Shown here: positions 42,483 through 51,672 of the stretch, one piece after another | Position numbering within the stretch: the stretch's first letter is position 1 | How the letters are laid out: each line of letters opens with the position of its first letter | DNA from: Eubacteriales bacterium | GTDB lineage: Bacteria > Bacillota > Clostridia > Oscillospirales > CAG-272 | Assembly: GCA_045652135.1 (NCBI GenBank) | Contig: JAZRTS010000155.1 | Span: 1,765-65,764, forward strand | Length of the DNA stretch: 64,000 nucleotides | Reading direction: 5' to 3' | The notes under the pieces: model-generated | The model's database searches: none | What the model was told of the DNA's origin: nothing | Seen by the model: only the letters and a program-made list of their open reading frames with translations | Program-made: the position numbers and the translations under genes

Positions 42483-42845
42483 ATGAGTATACACGAATCG
42501 GGTGAAATGTATCTTGAAAGCATACTTGTTTTGCGTGAAAAGCAGGCAAGAGTGCGCTCAATAGACATTGTAAACCAAACGGGTTATTCAAAGCCGAGTA
42601 TAAGCAGGGCTGTGGGGCTGTTGCGCCGTGACGGACTTATCGAAGTGGATGCTGACGGATATATAACGCTTACCGAGGTAGGCGAATCACACGCAAAAAA
42701 GATATATGAAAGACACAGAGTGCTTTCGGAATATCTTATCAGCATCGGCGTAAGCGAGGAGACCGCCCTGCGTGATGCCTGCAAAATAGAGCATGTCATA
42801 AGCGACGAAACGCTGAACTGTATAAAAAAGATAATACAAAAGTAA
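42483..42845 (+). CDS. DtxR/MntR-family metal-dependent transcriptional regulator (no SH3-like third domain)
   Basis: MYLESILVL...IDIVNQTGYSKPSISRAVGLLRRDGLI (wHTH) and ERHRVLSEYL...ACKIEHVIS (metal-binding/dimerisation). Confidence 0.85.
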   Translation: MSIHESGEMYLESILVLREKQARVRSIDIVNQTGYSKPSISRAVGLLRRDGLIEVDADGYITLTEVGESHAKKIYERHRVLSEYLISIGVSEETALRDACKIEHVISDETLNCIKKIIQK

Positions 42846-42979
42846 GATTCCCACGCTTTGCATCACCCCAAAACGGGGAACTTTTTATTGCACGTAAAAT
42901 ATAGGCACGTTTGATGTACTTTTACATAATATATTACGGGAGGGAGAATCCTTCCTAATTAAACCTTACGGAGGAGTAT

Positions 42980-43072
42980 ATGAACTGCCTTTGCAATCTT
43001 TTCAATGACGACAGCTACGGCTGGCTTATCGTAATCGCACTTATTCTTATTCTCTGTTGCTGCAACAACTGA
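42980..43072 (+). CDS. Possible 30-aa Cys-rich membrane micro-protein (MNCLCNLFNDDSYGWLIVIALILILCCCNN)
   Basis: Below the ORF-track cutoff. GGAGGAG SD about 6 nt upstream. Followed 10 nt later by a strong terminator. Confidence 0.45.
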   Translation: MNCLCNLFNDDSYGWLIVIALILILCCCNN

Positions 43073-43082
43073 TGATATAACC

Positions 43083-43120
43083 AAACGGCATACTCAAACA
43101 TTGTTTGAGTATGCCGTTTT
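43083..43120 (+). terminator. Rho-independent terminator
   Basis: 18-bp stem AAACGGCATACTCAAACA/TGTTTGAGTATGCCGTTT + T-run. Confidence 0.8.
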
Positions 43121-43154
43121 AAAATCTCACCGTGTCAATGGCCGGTGTACGAAT

Positions 43155-43192
43155 ACACAAAAAGCAGAGCACCGAAAAGATGCTCTGCTTTG
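43155..43192 (-). terminator. Terminator of the 43231-44409 gene
   Basis: AAGCAGAGCA-ccgaaaaga-TGCTCTGCTT, with a T-run on the minus strand. Confidence 0.75.
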
Positions 43193-43230
43193 TTTTTCAC
43201 ATTTATATTAGAAGTTGTTAGCTTAGAAAA

Positions 43231-44409
43231 TTATTTCTTTTTCTTAGCGATAACGATTACTACAACTGCAACTACTGCAACTGCTGCAACTGCGATGATG
43301 ATCCAAAGTGCAGCACCGCTGCCTTCTCCGGAACCGCTGCCATCTGTTGTAGTTGCTGTGTCCTTAGCGCCTGCGTTTGTGCCTGCTGCTGTATCTGCAG
43401 CGTTTGTTTCGTTGCCTGCAGGAGCATTTGTTTCTTCACCTGCATCGGGAGCTTCTGTTTCTTCTTCGTCGCCTGTTTCGAATGCGGACCAGTCAACGTC
43501 TGTGAAGATACCCATAAGGTCTTCAACTGTGTAGTATGTAACAGTTTCGTCGTCAGTGCTTTCGCCTTCCATATAGAACTTAAGTGTGATGTCGTAAGTA
43601 CCAACACTCCACTCGTTTGCCTTGCCGGCTTCTGTAACTGTTCTACCTGTGTTTGTTACGCCGTCAACGGATTCCATATCAACGTATGCGATGATAGCTT
43701 CTGTGAATGCCTTTGTTCTGTCTTCATTCTTAGGATCGAGAACGGAGCAGAATGCGCCTTCTGTATCATAGTCGATGATATCCCAAACTCTGTCCTTAGT
43801 AGAGATAAGGCTCCAGGGAAGAATAACTTCCATGTCCCAACCGTCTTCAGTTACTGTGTATGCACCCTGGTAACCTGCTTCGATAACGTCCTGCTGGTCG
43901 TCTGTGTTTTCTTCCCAGTTGTGCTTACGTGCGCCAACTGTACCGGATGTTACTGTTGCGGGGTCTGTACCGTCAGCGTATGTAGGATAGAAGGAGAAGA
44001 AAAGACCGGAAGCATCATCATACATAAGACCGCAGGGATTGAAAGCGATCTGGAATCTGTCTTGAGGTGTGTTAGCACCGTCTGCTGTAACAGATGTGAG
44101 TGTAAGTGTGCTGTCTATAACCTTTGCAGCCATGTAAAGGCCGTCATCACCCCAAGAGTAGAAGAACTGGATCTCGCCGGGGTAATCTGTTGTCCAAGTC
44201 TGCATATTTGTGCCGCACTTGAGCTTAAGGCTGTTTGTTTCATCCCATTCGGATGCATTGATTGTACCGTCAACTGTGATTGTGTCTGCGCCTGCATAAA
44301 GAACCTTAACAAGACCGATGCCGATGCTGTCGGGTGCTGCGAAGGCTGACGTAAGCATCATTGCCATAAGCATTGTTGCAATTACGATAAAAGAAAGAAC
44401 CTTTTTCAT
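43231..44409 (-). CDS. Cell-surface protein: signal peptide, CBM9/DOMON-like domain, acidic linker, C-terminal TM + KKKK tail
   Basis: ITVDGTINASEWDETNSLKL. C-terminus GSGAALWIIIAVAAVAVVAVVVIVIAKKKK. No LPXTG. Confidence 0.7.
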   Translation of the reverse strand: MKKVLSFIVIATMLMAMMLTSAFAAPDSIGIGLVKVLYAGADTITVDGTINASEWDETNSLKLKCGTNMQTWTTDYPGEIQFFYSWGDDGLYMAAKVIDSTLTLTSVTADGANTPQDRFQIAFNPCGLMYDDASGLFFSFYPTYADGTDPATVTSGTVGARKHNWEENTDDQQDVIEAGYQGAYTVTEDGWDMEVILPWSLISTKDRVWDIIDYDTEGAFCSVLDPKNEDRTKAFTEAIIAYVDMESVDGVTNTGRTVTEAGKANEWSVGTYDITLKFYMEGESTDDETVTYYTVEDLMGIFTDVDWSAFETGDEEETEAPDAGEETNAPAGNETNAADTAAGTNAGAKDTATTTDGSGSGEGSGAALWIIIAVAAVAVVAVVVIVIAKKKK

Positions 44410-44584
44410 TATTAATCCTCCAAATTAAAAATTAATAAATGTGAAAATAGACGGCATTGATTATCTGCGGCTTTTTTATTAAGTTCACAGAAATGCTTTC
44501 AACGCCATTATAATTACGATGACATTATATCACAGATGCTCTTATTTTGTCAATATGTTAATTTTGAATTTTTTATATAAACAT

Positions 44585-44620
44585 ATAAAGAAAGCCAAGC
44601 GGTTGAAATATCCGCTTGGC
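44585..44620 (-). terminator. Terminator of the polA-lipoprotein-44631 transcription unit
   Basis: GCCAAGCGG-ttgaaatat-CCGCTTGGC, with TTTCTTT on the minus strand. Confidence 0.75.
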
Positions 44621-44630
44621 AGAGCTAAAA

Positions 44631-45563
44631 TTATTTCTTTTTAGATTTCTTTATGCGTATTACGGCGAATGATGCAATGACAATTACCGCAGCCGATACC
44701 GCAGCGATGATAAGAAACGACGGAAATGAGTTTCCGGAAGCAGTATTTTGAACGGGAGCTGTTTCGGTGATACCCGCCGTTTCGCTTTCGGGGGCGACAG
44801 CCTCAGCGCCGAGATTCAGAACAACATTGTAGGAATCTGTATTGAAGTTAGCACCGTAATTATCTGTGCAGGTTCTGTAAACGGCGCAGTACTGCAAGTC
44901 TTCATCGCCGTTAAGACGGCAGACCGTTGCCGTGAGAAATGCGCCTTCTTTGTGTTCAAAATCTGCAAGAAGATTGTCTGTAAGACGTCTGTTTATATAT
45001 ACTTCGCGGTTTTCGTCGCATATGTAATGCCACGGAATAAGTGCTTCGATCGTCCAGCCCTTATCCGTGGGCTTGCATTTCGTTTCAACATCGTACGCAT
45101 CGATTCCGGACAGAGATTCTTCGTCTATATTGTGACGTGTGCATTTTACGTTTCCTTCTTCGTCAGCGGGCCAGAACATAAAGAACATACCTTGAAGTTT
45201 ATCCTCCTTAGGAATAAGTCCACCCGGGTTGAAGGATATTTCAAAACAGTCATTCGCACCGTTGAAAACGGGATCGTTGTCGGTTATATCTGCATATACG
45301 TATATGCCTTTTTCACTCCACATAATATATGTGTCGACAGGGAGAATATGTTCTTCGCTTTCCATATCTGCCCACGTGCCCGTATTTTCCTTCGTGAGCG
45401 TTATATTTGCCGCGCTTTCCCACGGCCATTCGGTGTTTTCTCCGTCGATTACCATAACCTCGTCAGGAACAAGGGGCAAGTCAAGAGTTATTTTGCCGTC
45501 AGCCGAAACTGCTACAGTACAACATATTATAAATATAAATATTACCGAAAGAAATTTTTTCAT
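44631..45563 (-). CDS. Cell-surface protein: signal peptide, CBM9/DOMON-like domain, C-terminal TM + Lys-rich tail
   Basis: VMVIDGENTEWPWESAANITL. C-terminus SFPSFLIIAAVSAAVIVIASFAVIRIKKSKKK. Confidence 0.7.
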   Translation of the reverse strand: MKKFLSVIFIFIICCTVAVSADGKITLDLPLVPDEVMVIDGENTEWPWESAANITLTKENTGTWADMESEEHILPVDTYIMWSEKGIYVYADITDNDPVFNGANDCFEISFNPGGLIPKEDKLQGMFFMFWPADEEGNVKCTRHNIDEESLSGIDAYDVETKCKPTDKGWTIEALIPWHYICDENREVYINRRLTDNLLADFEHKEGAFLTATVCRLNGDEDLQYCAVYRTCTDNYGANFNTDSYNVVLNLGAEAVAPESETAGITETAPVQNTASGNSFPSFLIIAAVSAAVIVIASFAVIRIKKSKKK

Positions 45564-45565
45564 AA

Positions 45566-46627
45566 TTAATCTCCTGTATTTTGGTTTTTATTTTCACCGA
45601 ATGATATTGATCCGAGCATTTGCCTGAATTGCTCCGCTTCTCCGTCGGGAGCGTCGTTTGCACAAGCGTACGTGTATTCGTAGAAATATCCGCTTTGTGT
45701 GTATCCTGCGGCATACGCACCGTAGCTTTCATTTCCGTTATAAATGCAGGTGAAAGGGATGAAGATGTAATTTCCTTCGGCAGACGAAAGAAGCTCGCCT
45801 TTTGAAAGAGAAAGGTTGCTTATAAGACTGTCTGACACCTCTGTAATATGTGCATCGTCAATAACGAGTGCCATCTGCTCCGTTACGTCTGAAAGCTTTA
45901 AAAATGCTGTTTCGGACGGCGAGGTGATATACGATGCCGTGTAATATTTTCCCGATGCCGTTACTGATGTGTAAGGTGACGGAACGTGTACTTGTTCACC
46001 GTTTTCATCTGTTTCAACTGACGGCTCGTTTTCTTGTTCGGGCAGGAGCTTATAGCTGACGTTGGCAGGTATCTGAATGGAGAATTTATCTCCGAACAAA
46101 TATATCTTGTCGCTTAAAAGAGGGTTTTTCTTCGGGGTGTTTGCATATACGTCAAATTCAAACGAAAGACGGTCACACACAGCTTTATCATCTGCGCTGT
46201 CTTTGTCCGCATATTTATATTCCACTTTAAATATCATTCTTTTTGTTGCCGAGATAAGATAATACGAAGGCTCGTTGCTTTCTCTGTCGTCATAAATGAA
46301 CGTGTTTTGATTAACGCTTGTTATCTTATCTTTATCAAATCCGTTTTCGGTTGCATATTCGTAAAAATTGTCATTCGGATTGAATTTACAGGAAAGTGTG
46401 ATGACGCGGCCGCTGTCGGGATCTCTAAAGAAAATATCACATTCGTCGTTGTCTTCTTCGTTTTCAACGAGTTCTACCGCAGAGAATACCGCCGGACGGG
46501 TAAATCTGAAATGGTAGTCTTCGTTCGTATACACGGAAACTTCCGCCGTCTGTCTTTGAATCCCACACGATGCCAAGGGGAGCATCAGGCATACGGAGAG
46601 TAAAATACACAATATTTTTTTAACCAT
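45566..46627 (-). CDS. Hypothetical lipoprotein
   Basis: MVKKILCILLSVCLMLPLASCG lipobox. No recognisable domain. The stop abuts the start of the 44631-45563 gene. Confidence 0.7.
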   Translation of the reverse strand: MVKKILCILLSVCLMLPLASCGIQRQTAEVSVYTNEDYHFRFTRPAVFSAVELVENEEDNDECDIFFRDPDSGRVITLSCKFNPNDNFYEYATENGFDKDKITSVNQNTFIYDDRESNEPSYYLISATKRMIFKVEYKYADKDSADDKAVCDRLSFEFDVYANTPKKNPLLSDKIYLFGDKFSIQIPANVSYKLLPEQENEPSVETDENGEQVHVPSPYTSVTASGKYYTASYITSPSETAFLKLSDVTEQMALVIDDAHITEVSDSLISNLSLSKGELLSSAEGNYIFIPFTCIYNGNESYGAYAAGYTQSGYFYEYTYACANDAPDGEAEQFRQMLGSISFGENKNQNTGD

Positions 46628-46655
46628 AATTTATTCCGTTTCTCGGCTTAGCCGT

Positions 46656-49145
46656 TTATTTACAGTCATACCAACTGTCCGCGCTCTTTATTTCCACAGT
46701 AAGACGCACGGGCAGGGAAATGACGTTTTCCATTTCGTGTTTTAAAAGCTTCATGACTTCGTCGGCGCACTCCCGATCGGATTCTATTATCAGTTCGTCG
46801 TGTACCTGAAGTATCAGATGAGCGTCATATCCGCTTTTCTCAAGAGCTTTTTGTGTGTTTACCATTGCAAGCTTTATTATATCAGCCGCCGTTCCCTGTA
46901 TCGGACTGTTCATTGCCACGCGTTCACCGAAAGCGATCAGCGGCTTTTTTGATGACGTAAGTTCCGGGATATATCTTCTTCTTCCGAACAGCGTTTGAAC
47001 ATATCCAAGCTCGTGCGCTGTACGTTTTATATCGCTGAGATACGATGCAACGCCGGGATAATTTGCAAGATATCCTTCAATATATTTCTTTGCCGCCGCT
47101 TTCGTAACGCCGATGTCCTGCGAAAGCGTAAAGTCGCCGATGCCGTAAACTATTCCGAAATTCACAGCCTTTGCGCGGCGTCGGAGTTCGGGAGTAACTT
47201 CGTCAATATCAACTCCGAAAACACCGGATGCCGTGGCTGTGTGAATATCAATATCCGAAGCAAATGCTTCTATCATCTTTTCATCCTCCGCTATTGCGGC
47301 AAGAATACGAAGCTCTATCTGCGAATAATCGGCATCTATCAATACTCGGTCCGGTGCTTTGGCAACAAAGAAACGGCGCATCTCGCGTCCGCGTTCCGTT
47401 CTTACGGGAATATTCTGAAGATTCGGTTCGGTAGATGAAAGACGTCCGGTTGCGGTAACTGTCTGGTTAAAGCTCGTGTGTATGATACCGTTTTCGTCAG
47501 TCACCTTCAAAAGTCCGTCGGCGTAAGTACCTTTGAGCTTTGATACGGTTCTGTATTCAAGTATCTCATCTATTATCGGGTGATACGGCCTTAGCTTTTC
47601 AAGTACGTCAACGTTCGTGCTGTATCCCGTTTTCGTTTTCTTCTGAGCAGGGAGCATAAGTTCTTCGAAAAGCACCGTTCCAAGCTGCTTTGGTGAATTT
47701 ATATTGAATTCGCGTCCTGCGAGTGCGTATATCCTCGTCACCAATGCATCAAGCTCATCTGATAGCTGTTCTCCGAATTTTTCAAGTCCTTTCTTGTCGA
47801 CCTTGAAACCGCAGGCTTCCATTTTTGCAAGAACGTGCGAAAGAGGTAACTCAATTTCATAGTAAAGCTTTGATACGTTCTGCTCTGCAAGAAGCTTATC
47901 AAGTACACTGTAAAGTTCATACAAGATGCAAACGCGCTCAGCGTCGGAATTTCCGACGGCTTTGCCGAGATAAGAAAGAGCCAAAGAGGGAGCTGAGTAG
48001 TTGCCCTCGCTTGAATTCAAAACGTATCCCGCAAGAAACGTATCAAATTTTACGTTTATTTTGTCACAAAGCGAATAAAAACGCTTGCTGTCGTCGCAAA
48101 TAAAGCTATTGTTTCGGTAAAACGGTGAATCGGGCGAAAATTCTGAAATATATGCATCCTTACCGTTATAAAGCAAGACAAAGCCGTCATCGGTAAGAGT
48201 TATTGCAAAGTCACACCCTGATATTTTTTCAAGTGCATCTGCCGATATCTTTGAAAATTCGGGTGTTTCCGTTTCTATCTTAGGGGCATCAAGTCCGAAT
48301 TTTTTTATGAATGCGCCGAATTCAAGCTCCGTAAACAGATCGTAAAGCACGGCGTTGTCATATCCCTCGCGGAATAATGGCGAAAGGGAAGTGATGCACG
48401 GAACCTCTTTGAATATCTTTGCAAGTTCGTAAGACATATATGCCGAATCTTTTCCGTTTATCAGCTTCTCTTTTACGGATTTTGTAAGACCGTCAAAGTC
48501 AGATGCATATAATCCGTCAAGACTGCGGAAATCGGAAATGAGCTTCATTGCTGTCTTTTCTCCGATACCCGGTACACCCGGAATGTTGTCGGAGCTGTCA
48601 CCCATAAGCGCCTTAAGATCAACAAGCTTGTCGGGTTCGGCGTTGTATTCCTTTAAAAATCGCGCCTTGTCATAGACCTCAATGCCGCTGTTCTTTACCA
48701 AGAGTACCTTTACACGGTCACTTATAAGCTGCAGAGCATCTCTGTCACCTGTTAGAATGTATCCCTCGGTGTCATCGCTTTCGTCACACAGACGGGCGAT
48801 AGTGCCTAAAATATCGTCAGCCTCGTATCCCGCACACTCAAGCGTGTGGACACCCATTGCGTTGAGAACGCGTTTTGCGTATGGAAGCTGCATTGCAAGC
48901 TCATCGGGCATACCCTTTCTCGTTGCCTTGTAGCCGTCGTATTTCAAATGACGGAAGGTCGGCGCTTTCAGATCGAAGGCGGCGGCGCAAAAATCGGGTT
49001 TTACGGATTCTATATTGGAGTTGACGGTGTTTACAAGACCGTAGACCGCATTTGTGAAAAGACCGCTTTTTGTTGTAAGCGGACGTATGCCGTAATATGC
49101 CCTGTTGATTATACTGTTGCCGTCTATAGCAAGAAGCTTTTTCAT
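46656..49145 (-). CDS. polA: DNA polymerase I
   Basis: 5' nuclease N-terminus (LLAIDGNSIINRAYY), motif A DADYSQIELRILA, motif B RRRAKAVNFGIVYG, motif C LQVHDELI. Confidence 0.95.
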   Translation of the reverse strand: MKKLLAIDGNSIINRAYYGIRPLTTKSGLFTNAVYGLVNTVNSNIESVKPDFCAAAFDLKAPTFRHLKYDGYKATRKGMPDELAMQLPYAKRVLNAMGVHTLECAGYEADDILGTIARLCDESDDTEGYILTGDRDALQLISDRVKVLLVKNSGIEVYDKARFLKEYNAEPDKLVDLKALMGDSSDNIPGVPGIGEKTAMKLISDFRSLDGLYASDFDGLTKSVKEKLINGKDSAYMSYELAKIFKEVPCITSLSPLFREGYDNAVLYDLFTELEFGAFIKKFGLDAPKIETETPEFSKISADALEKISGCDFAITLTDDGFVLLYNGKDAYISEFSPDSPFYRNNSFICDDSKRFYSLCDKINVKFDTFLAGYVLNSSEGNYSAPSLALSYLGKAVGNSDAERVCILYELYSVLDKLLAEQNVSKLYYEIELPLSHVLAKMEACGFKVDKKGLEKFGEQLSDELDALVTRIYALAGREFNINSPKQLGTVLFEELMLPAQKKTKTGYSTNVDVLEKLRPYHPIIDEILEYRTVSKLKGTYADGLLKVTDENGIIHTSFNQTVTATGRLSSTEPNLQNIPVRTERGREMRRFFVAKAPDRVLIDADYSQIELRILAAIAEDEKMIEAFASDIDIHTATASGVFGVDIDEVTPELRRRAKAVNFGIVYGIGDFTLSQDIGVTKAAAKKYIEGYLANYPGVASYLSDIKRTAHELGYVQTLFGRRRYIPELTSSKKPLIAFGERVAMNSPIQGTAADIIKLAMVNTQKALEKSGYDAHLILQVHDELIIESDRECADEVMKLLKHEMENVISLPVRLTVEIKSADSWYDCK

Positions 49146-49251
49146 TTCGTGTGCCTTTCAATTTTTATTAATCAGCATTATATCATATCGTTCTGTTCAT
49201 TTCAAGTATAAAAATATTATTTTCCTTTTATACAGATAAATTTTAACTTTT

Positions 49252-50016
49252 TCATTTCATGAACAGCAGCGACAGGGCGATGGTGAGAAATCCGAGGCTT
49301 AAAAAAACAAGGCTTTTTTTCTCACCGCAGTATTTATAGGCAAGCGGTAAAAGCTCCTCAAAGCAAAGAAATACCATAATTCCCGCCGTGGCGGCAAATA
49401 CTGCGCCGTTAACGCTGTCACTCATTATCGGACGAAGCAAAAACCAGCCGATAACGGCTCCCAAAGGCTCAGCAACAGCTGTCAGGGATGCCATGAAAAA
49501 GCCCTTTTTCTTGCTGTTTGTTGCGTACATAGTGGGTAAAGCGACGGCAACTCCCTCGGGTATGTTATGTATTGCTATTGCAAAAAATGTGGGAAGCGCA
49601 GTTTCCGCACCGCCCAAAACTGCCATAAACGTCACGAGCCCTTCGGGAAAGTTATGCACTGCCGTGGCGACAGCCGTATAAATTCCCGCTTTTTTCATAA
49701 GAGAAGAATCGGTGTTTTCTTCAGGGAGAATCGCTCCGAGCAAAAACATAAAGGCGATCCCTGCAAAAAAGCCGAGGTTTGCGCGAAGAAAACCGCCAAA
49801 TGTGTCACCGCCGAGAAGACCTTGCGCTTTTGAAAGTATCTCGGTGAATGAAATGTAAAGCATGGCGCCTGCTGAAAAAGCAAGGCTTGAGCCTAAAAAA
49901 ACATCTATATTTTTGCTTTTATCGGTGAAAAATATGATACAACCGCCAAGACACGCTGACATGCCTGCGATAAAAGTCAAAAAAAATGCAATAGTTACGT
50001 TATCTATGATATCCAC
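49252..50016 (-). CDS. zupT: ZIP-family divalent metal transporter (ZupT-like)
   Basis: HNFPEGL and HNIPEGVA motifs. About 8 TM helices. Start codon uncertain (see findings). Confidence 0.85.
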   Translation of the reverse strand: MDIIDNVTIAFFLTFIAGMSACLGGCIIFFTDKSKNIDVFLGSSLAFSAGAMLYISFTEILSKAQGLLGGDTFGGFLRANLGFFAGIAFMFLLGAILPEENTDSSLMKKAGIYTAVATAVHNFPEGLVTFMAVLGGAETALPTFFAIAIHNIPEGVAVALPTMYATNSKKKGFFMASLTAVAEPLGAVIGWFLLRPIMSDSVNGAVFAATAGIMVFLCFEELLPLAYKYCGEKKSLVFLSLGFLTIALSLLFMK

Positions 50017-50132
50017 CTCCGTTTGTTATTATATTCGTTCTCATACCTCGACGTTACAGCCGTTTTTTCGACCAAAATTGTATAATTTACAAAAAGTTAA
50101 AAAAATTCTTTGCCATAAACGCACAAAAGCTA

Positions 50133-50161
50133 TTGCATTTTTTGAATGCATAATATATAAT
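50133..50161 (+). promoter_or_regulatory. dcw cluster promoter (Pmra-like)
   Basis: TTGCAT (50133-50138), 17-nt spacer, TATAAT (50156-50161). Confidence 0.5.
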
Positions 50162-50205
50162 GGCGGTGTTACCGAGTGTCACTGGATGTTACCAAAGTAC
50201 ATAAA

Positions 50206-50235
50206 TGTGGATAACTATGTGGAAAATGTGGATAA
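50206..50235 (+). promoter_or_regulatory. Triple direct repeat TGTGGA(T/A)AA between promoter and mraZ: probable MraZ operator (the sequence also equals the DnaA-box complement)
   Basis: TGTGGATAA (50206-50214), TGTGGAAAA (50218-50226), TGTGGATAA (50227-50235). Confidence 0.45.
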
Positions 50236-50272
50236 CTCGGATCGAAAACGTCAGAAATGGAGGCAGAACACA

Positions 50273-50695
50273 GTGTTTGTTGGTGAATTTGAACATACAG
50301 TGGATGCAAAAGGCAGAGTATTCGTTCCCGTCAAGTTCCGTGACGAGCTTGGTTCTGCTATTTATATTTCGTGCAGTTTCAGCGGTTGCGTTACACTTTT
50401 TACGGAAAAATCGTGGAATGAGCTGTCTGAAAAGATATTAAGCGCACTGCCTGCGATAAACGGAGAGGCGGCAAAGCGTTCGATATTCAGAAGAACTCAG
50501 ACTGCCGAAATAGATTCGGGCGGCAGAGTATTGCTTACATCTAAAATGCGTGAGCACGCAGGCATCGGCAAAAACGCAGTCATCGTCGGAATGGGCGACA
50601 GAATAGAAATATGGTCTGCAGAAAGATACGATCAGATCGTTGAAACGGAAAATATCGACGATATCAAAACGCTGTTTGCAAATTACGGTCTGTAA
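50273..50695 (+). CDS. mraZ: Transcriptional regulator MraZ
   Basis: Start set at GTG 50273 (GGAGG SD 9 nt upstream): VFVGEFEHTVDAKGRVFVPVKFR... with a second DxxxR half (EIDSGGRVLLTSKMR). The track ORF from 49862 is an upstream run-on. Confidence 0.88.
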   Translation: MFVGEFEHTVDAKGRVFVPVKFRDELGSAIYISCSFSGCVTLFTEKSWNELSEKILSALPAINGEAAKRSIFRRTQTAEIDSGGRVLLTSKMREHAGIGKNAVIVGMGDRIEIWSAERYDQIVETENIDDIKTLFANYGL

Positions 50696-50706
50696 GGAGA
50701 ATTGTT

Positions 50707-51663
50707 ATGGGCAAAAATACGTGTGCTGCGGACTTTTCTCATTATTCCGTAATGCTTTATGAGTGCATAGACGGTTTGAATATCAAAAAAAACGGTGTTT
50801 ACTGTGATCTTACCCTTGGCGGTGGTGGCCACAGCGAGCAGATAGCCGAAAGACTTGATGATGACGGCACGCTCGTTTGTGTTGATACGGATATAACGGC
50901 GATAAAAGCAGCAAGCGCAAGGCTTGCAAAACATAGCGGTAAAATAACGTTTGTAAATAATAACTTTAAGAATATCGGGGACGTTTTGGACGAACTCGGA
51001 ATAGAGAAAATTGACGGGGCGCTTATCGATCTGGGAGTGTCCTCTTTCCAGCTTGACTGCGCAGAGAGAGGCTTTTCATATATGAACGATGCGCCTCTTG
51101 ATATGCGTATGAACACATCGGATCCGCTCAGCGCATACGATGTTGTGAATACGTACAGCGAAGATGAGATAAAAAGAATAATATATACGTACGGGGAAGA
51201 AAACTTCGCGCCGCAGATAGCAAGTAAAATCGTTGCGTACAGAGCCGAAAAACCTATAGAAACAACGCTTGAACTTGTGGATATCATAAAATCGGCTATG
51301 CCTGCAAAGGCAAAGATAGGCGGTCATCACCCTGCGAAAAGAACGTTCCAGGCAATAAGGATTGCCGTTAACAGCGAGCTTGATATAATCGAGCCTACGT
51401 TGAAGACTCTTATTTCGCGCCTTAACAAAGGCGGAAGACTTTGTGTTATCACGTTCCATTCGCTTGAAGACAGAATTGTAAAGCAGACGTTTGCAAAGGC
51501 TTCATCGGGATGCACGTGCCCACCCGAATTTCCGGTGTGCGTGTGCGGAAAAACACCGCTTATAAAAGCGGTAACAAAGAAGCCGATACTTCCATCGGTA
51601 AATGAGCTTGAGGAAAACCCCCGTTCAAGAAGCGCAAAGCTTCGTATTGCAGAAAAACTGTGA
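50707..51663 (+). CDS. rsmH: 16S rRNA (cytosine1402-N4)-methyltransferase RsmH
   Basis: HYSVMLYECIDGL...DLTLGGGGHS...DLGVSSFQLD...FHSLEDRIVK. Confidence 0.93.
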   Translation: MGKNTCAADFSHYSVMLYECIDGLNIKKNGVYCDLTLGGGGHSEQIAERLDDDGTLVCVDTDITAIKAASARLAKHSGKITFVNNNFKNIGDVLDELGIEKIDGALIDLGVSSFQLDCAERGFSYMNDAPLDMRMNTSDPLSAYDVVNTYSEDEIKRIIYTYGEENFAPQIASKIVAYRAEKPIETTLELVDIIKSAMPAKAKIGGHHPAKRTFQAIRIAVNSELDIIEPTLKTLISRLNKGGRLCVITFHSLEDRIVKQTFAKASSGCTCPPEFPVCVCGKTPLIKAVTKKPILPSVNELEENPRSRSAKLRIAEKL

Positions 51664-51672
51664 GGAGAAAAA

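Noticed and set aside
50206-50235. Replication origin (two perfect DnaA-box 9-mers).
   Set aside because: The boxes are direct repeats inside the mraZ leader of the dcw cluster. No dnaA/dnaN, AT-rich unwinding element or further box cluster is nearby, so an MraZ operator is the simpler explanation.
49862-50272. Long N-terminal extension of the mraZ ORF (277-aa track ORF).
   Set aside because: It runs through the antisense of the ZIP gene and the promoter/operator region. MraZ homology begins at the GTG at 50273, which has a GGAGG SD.
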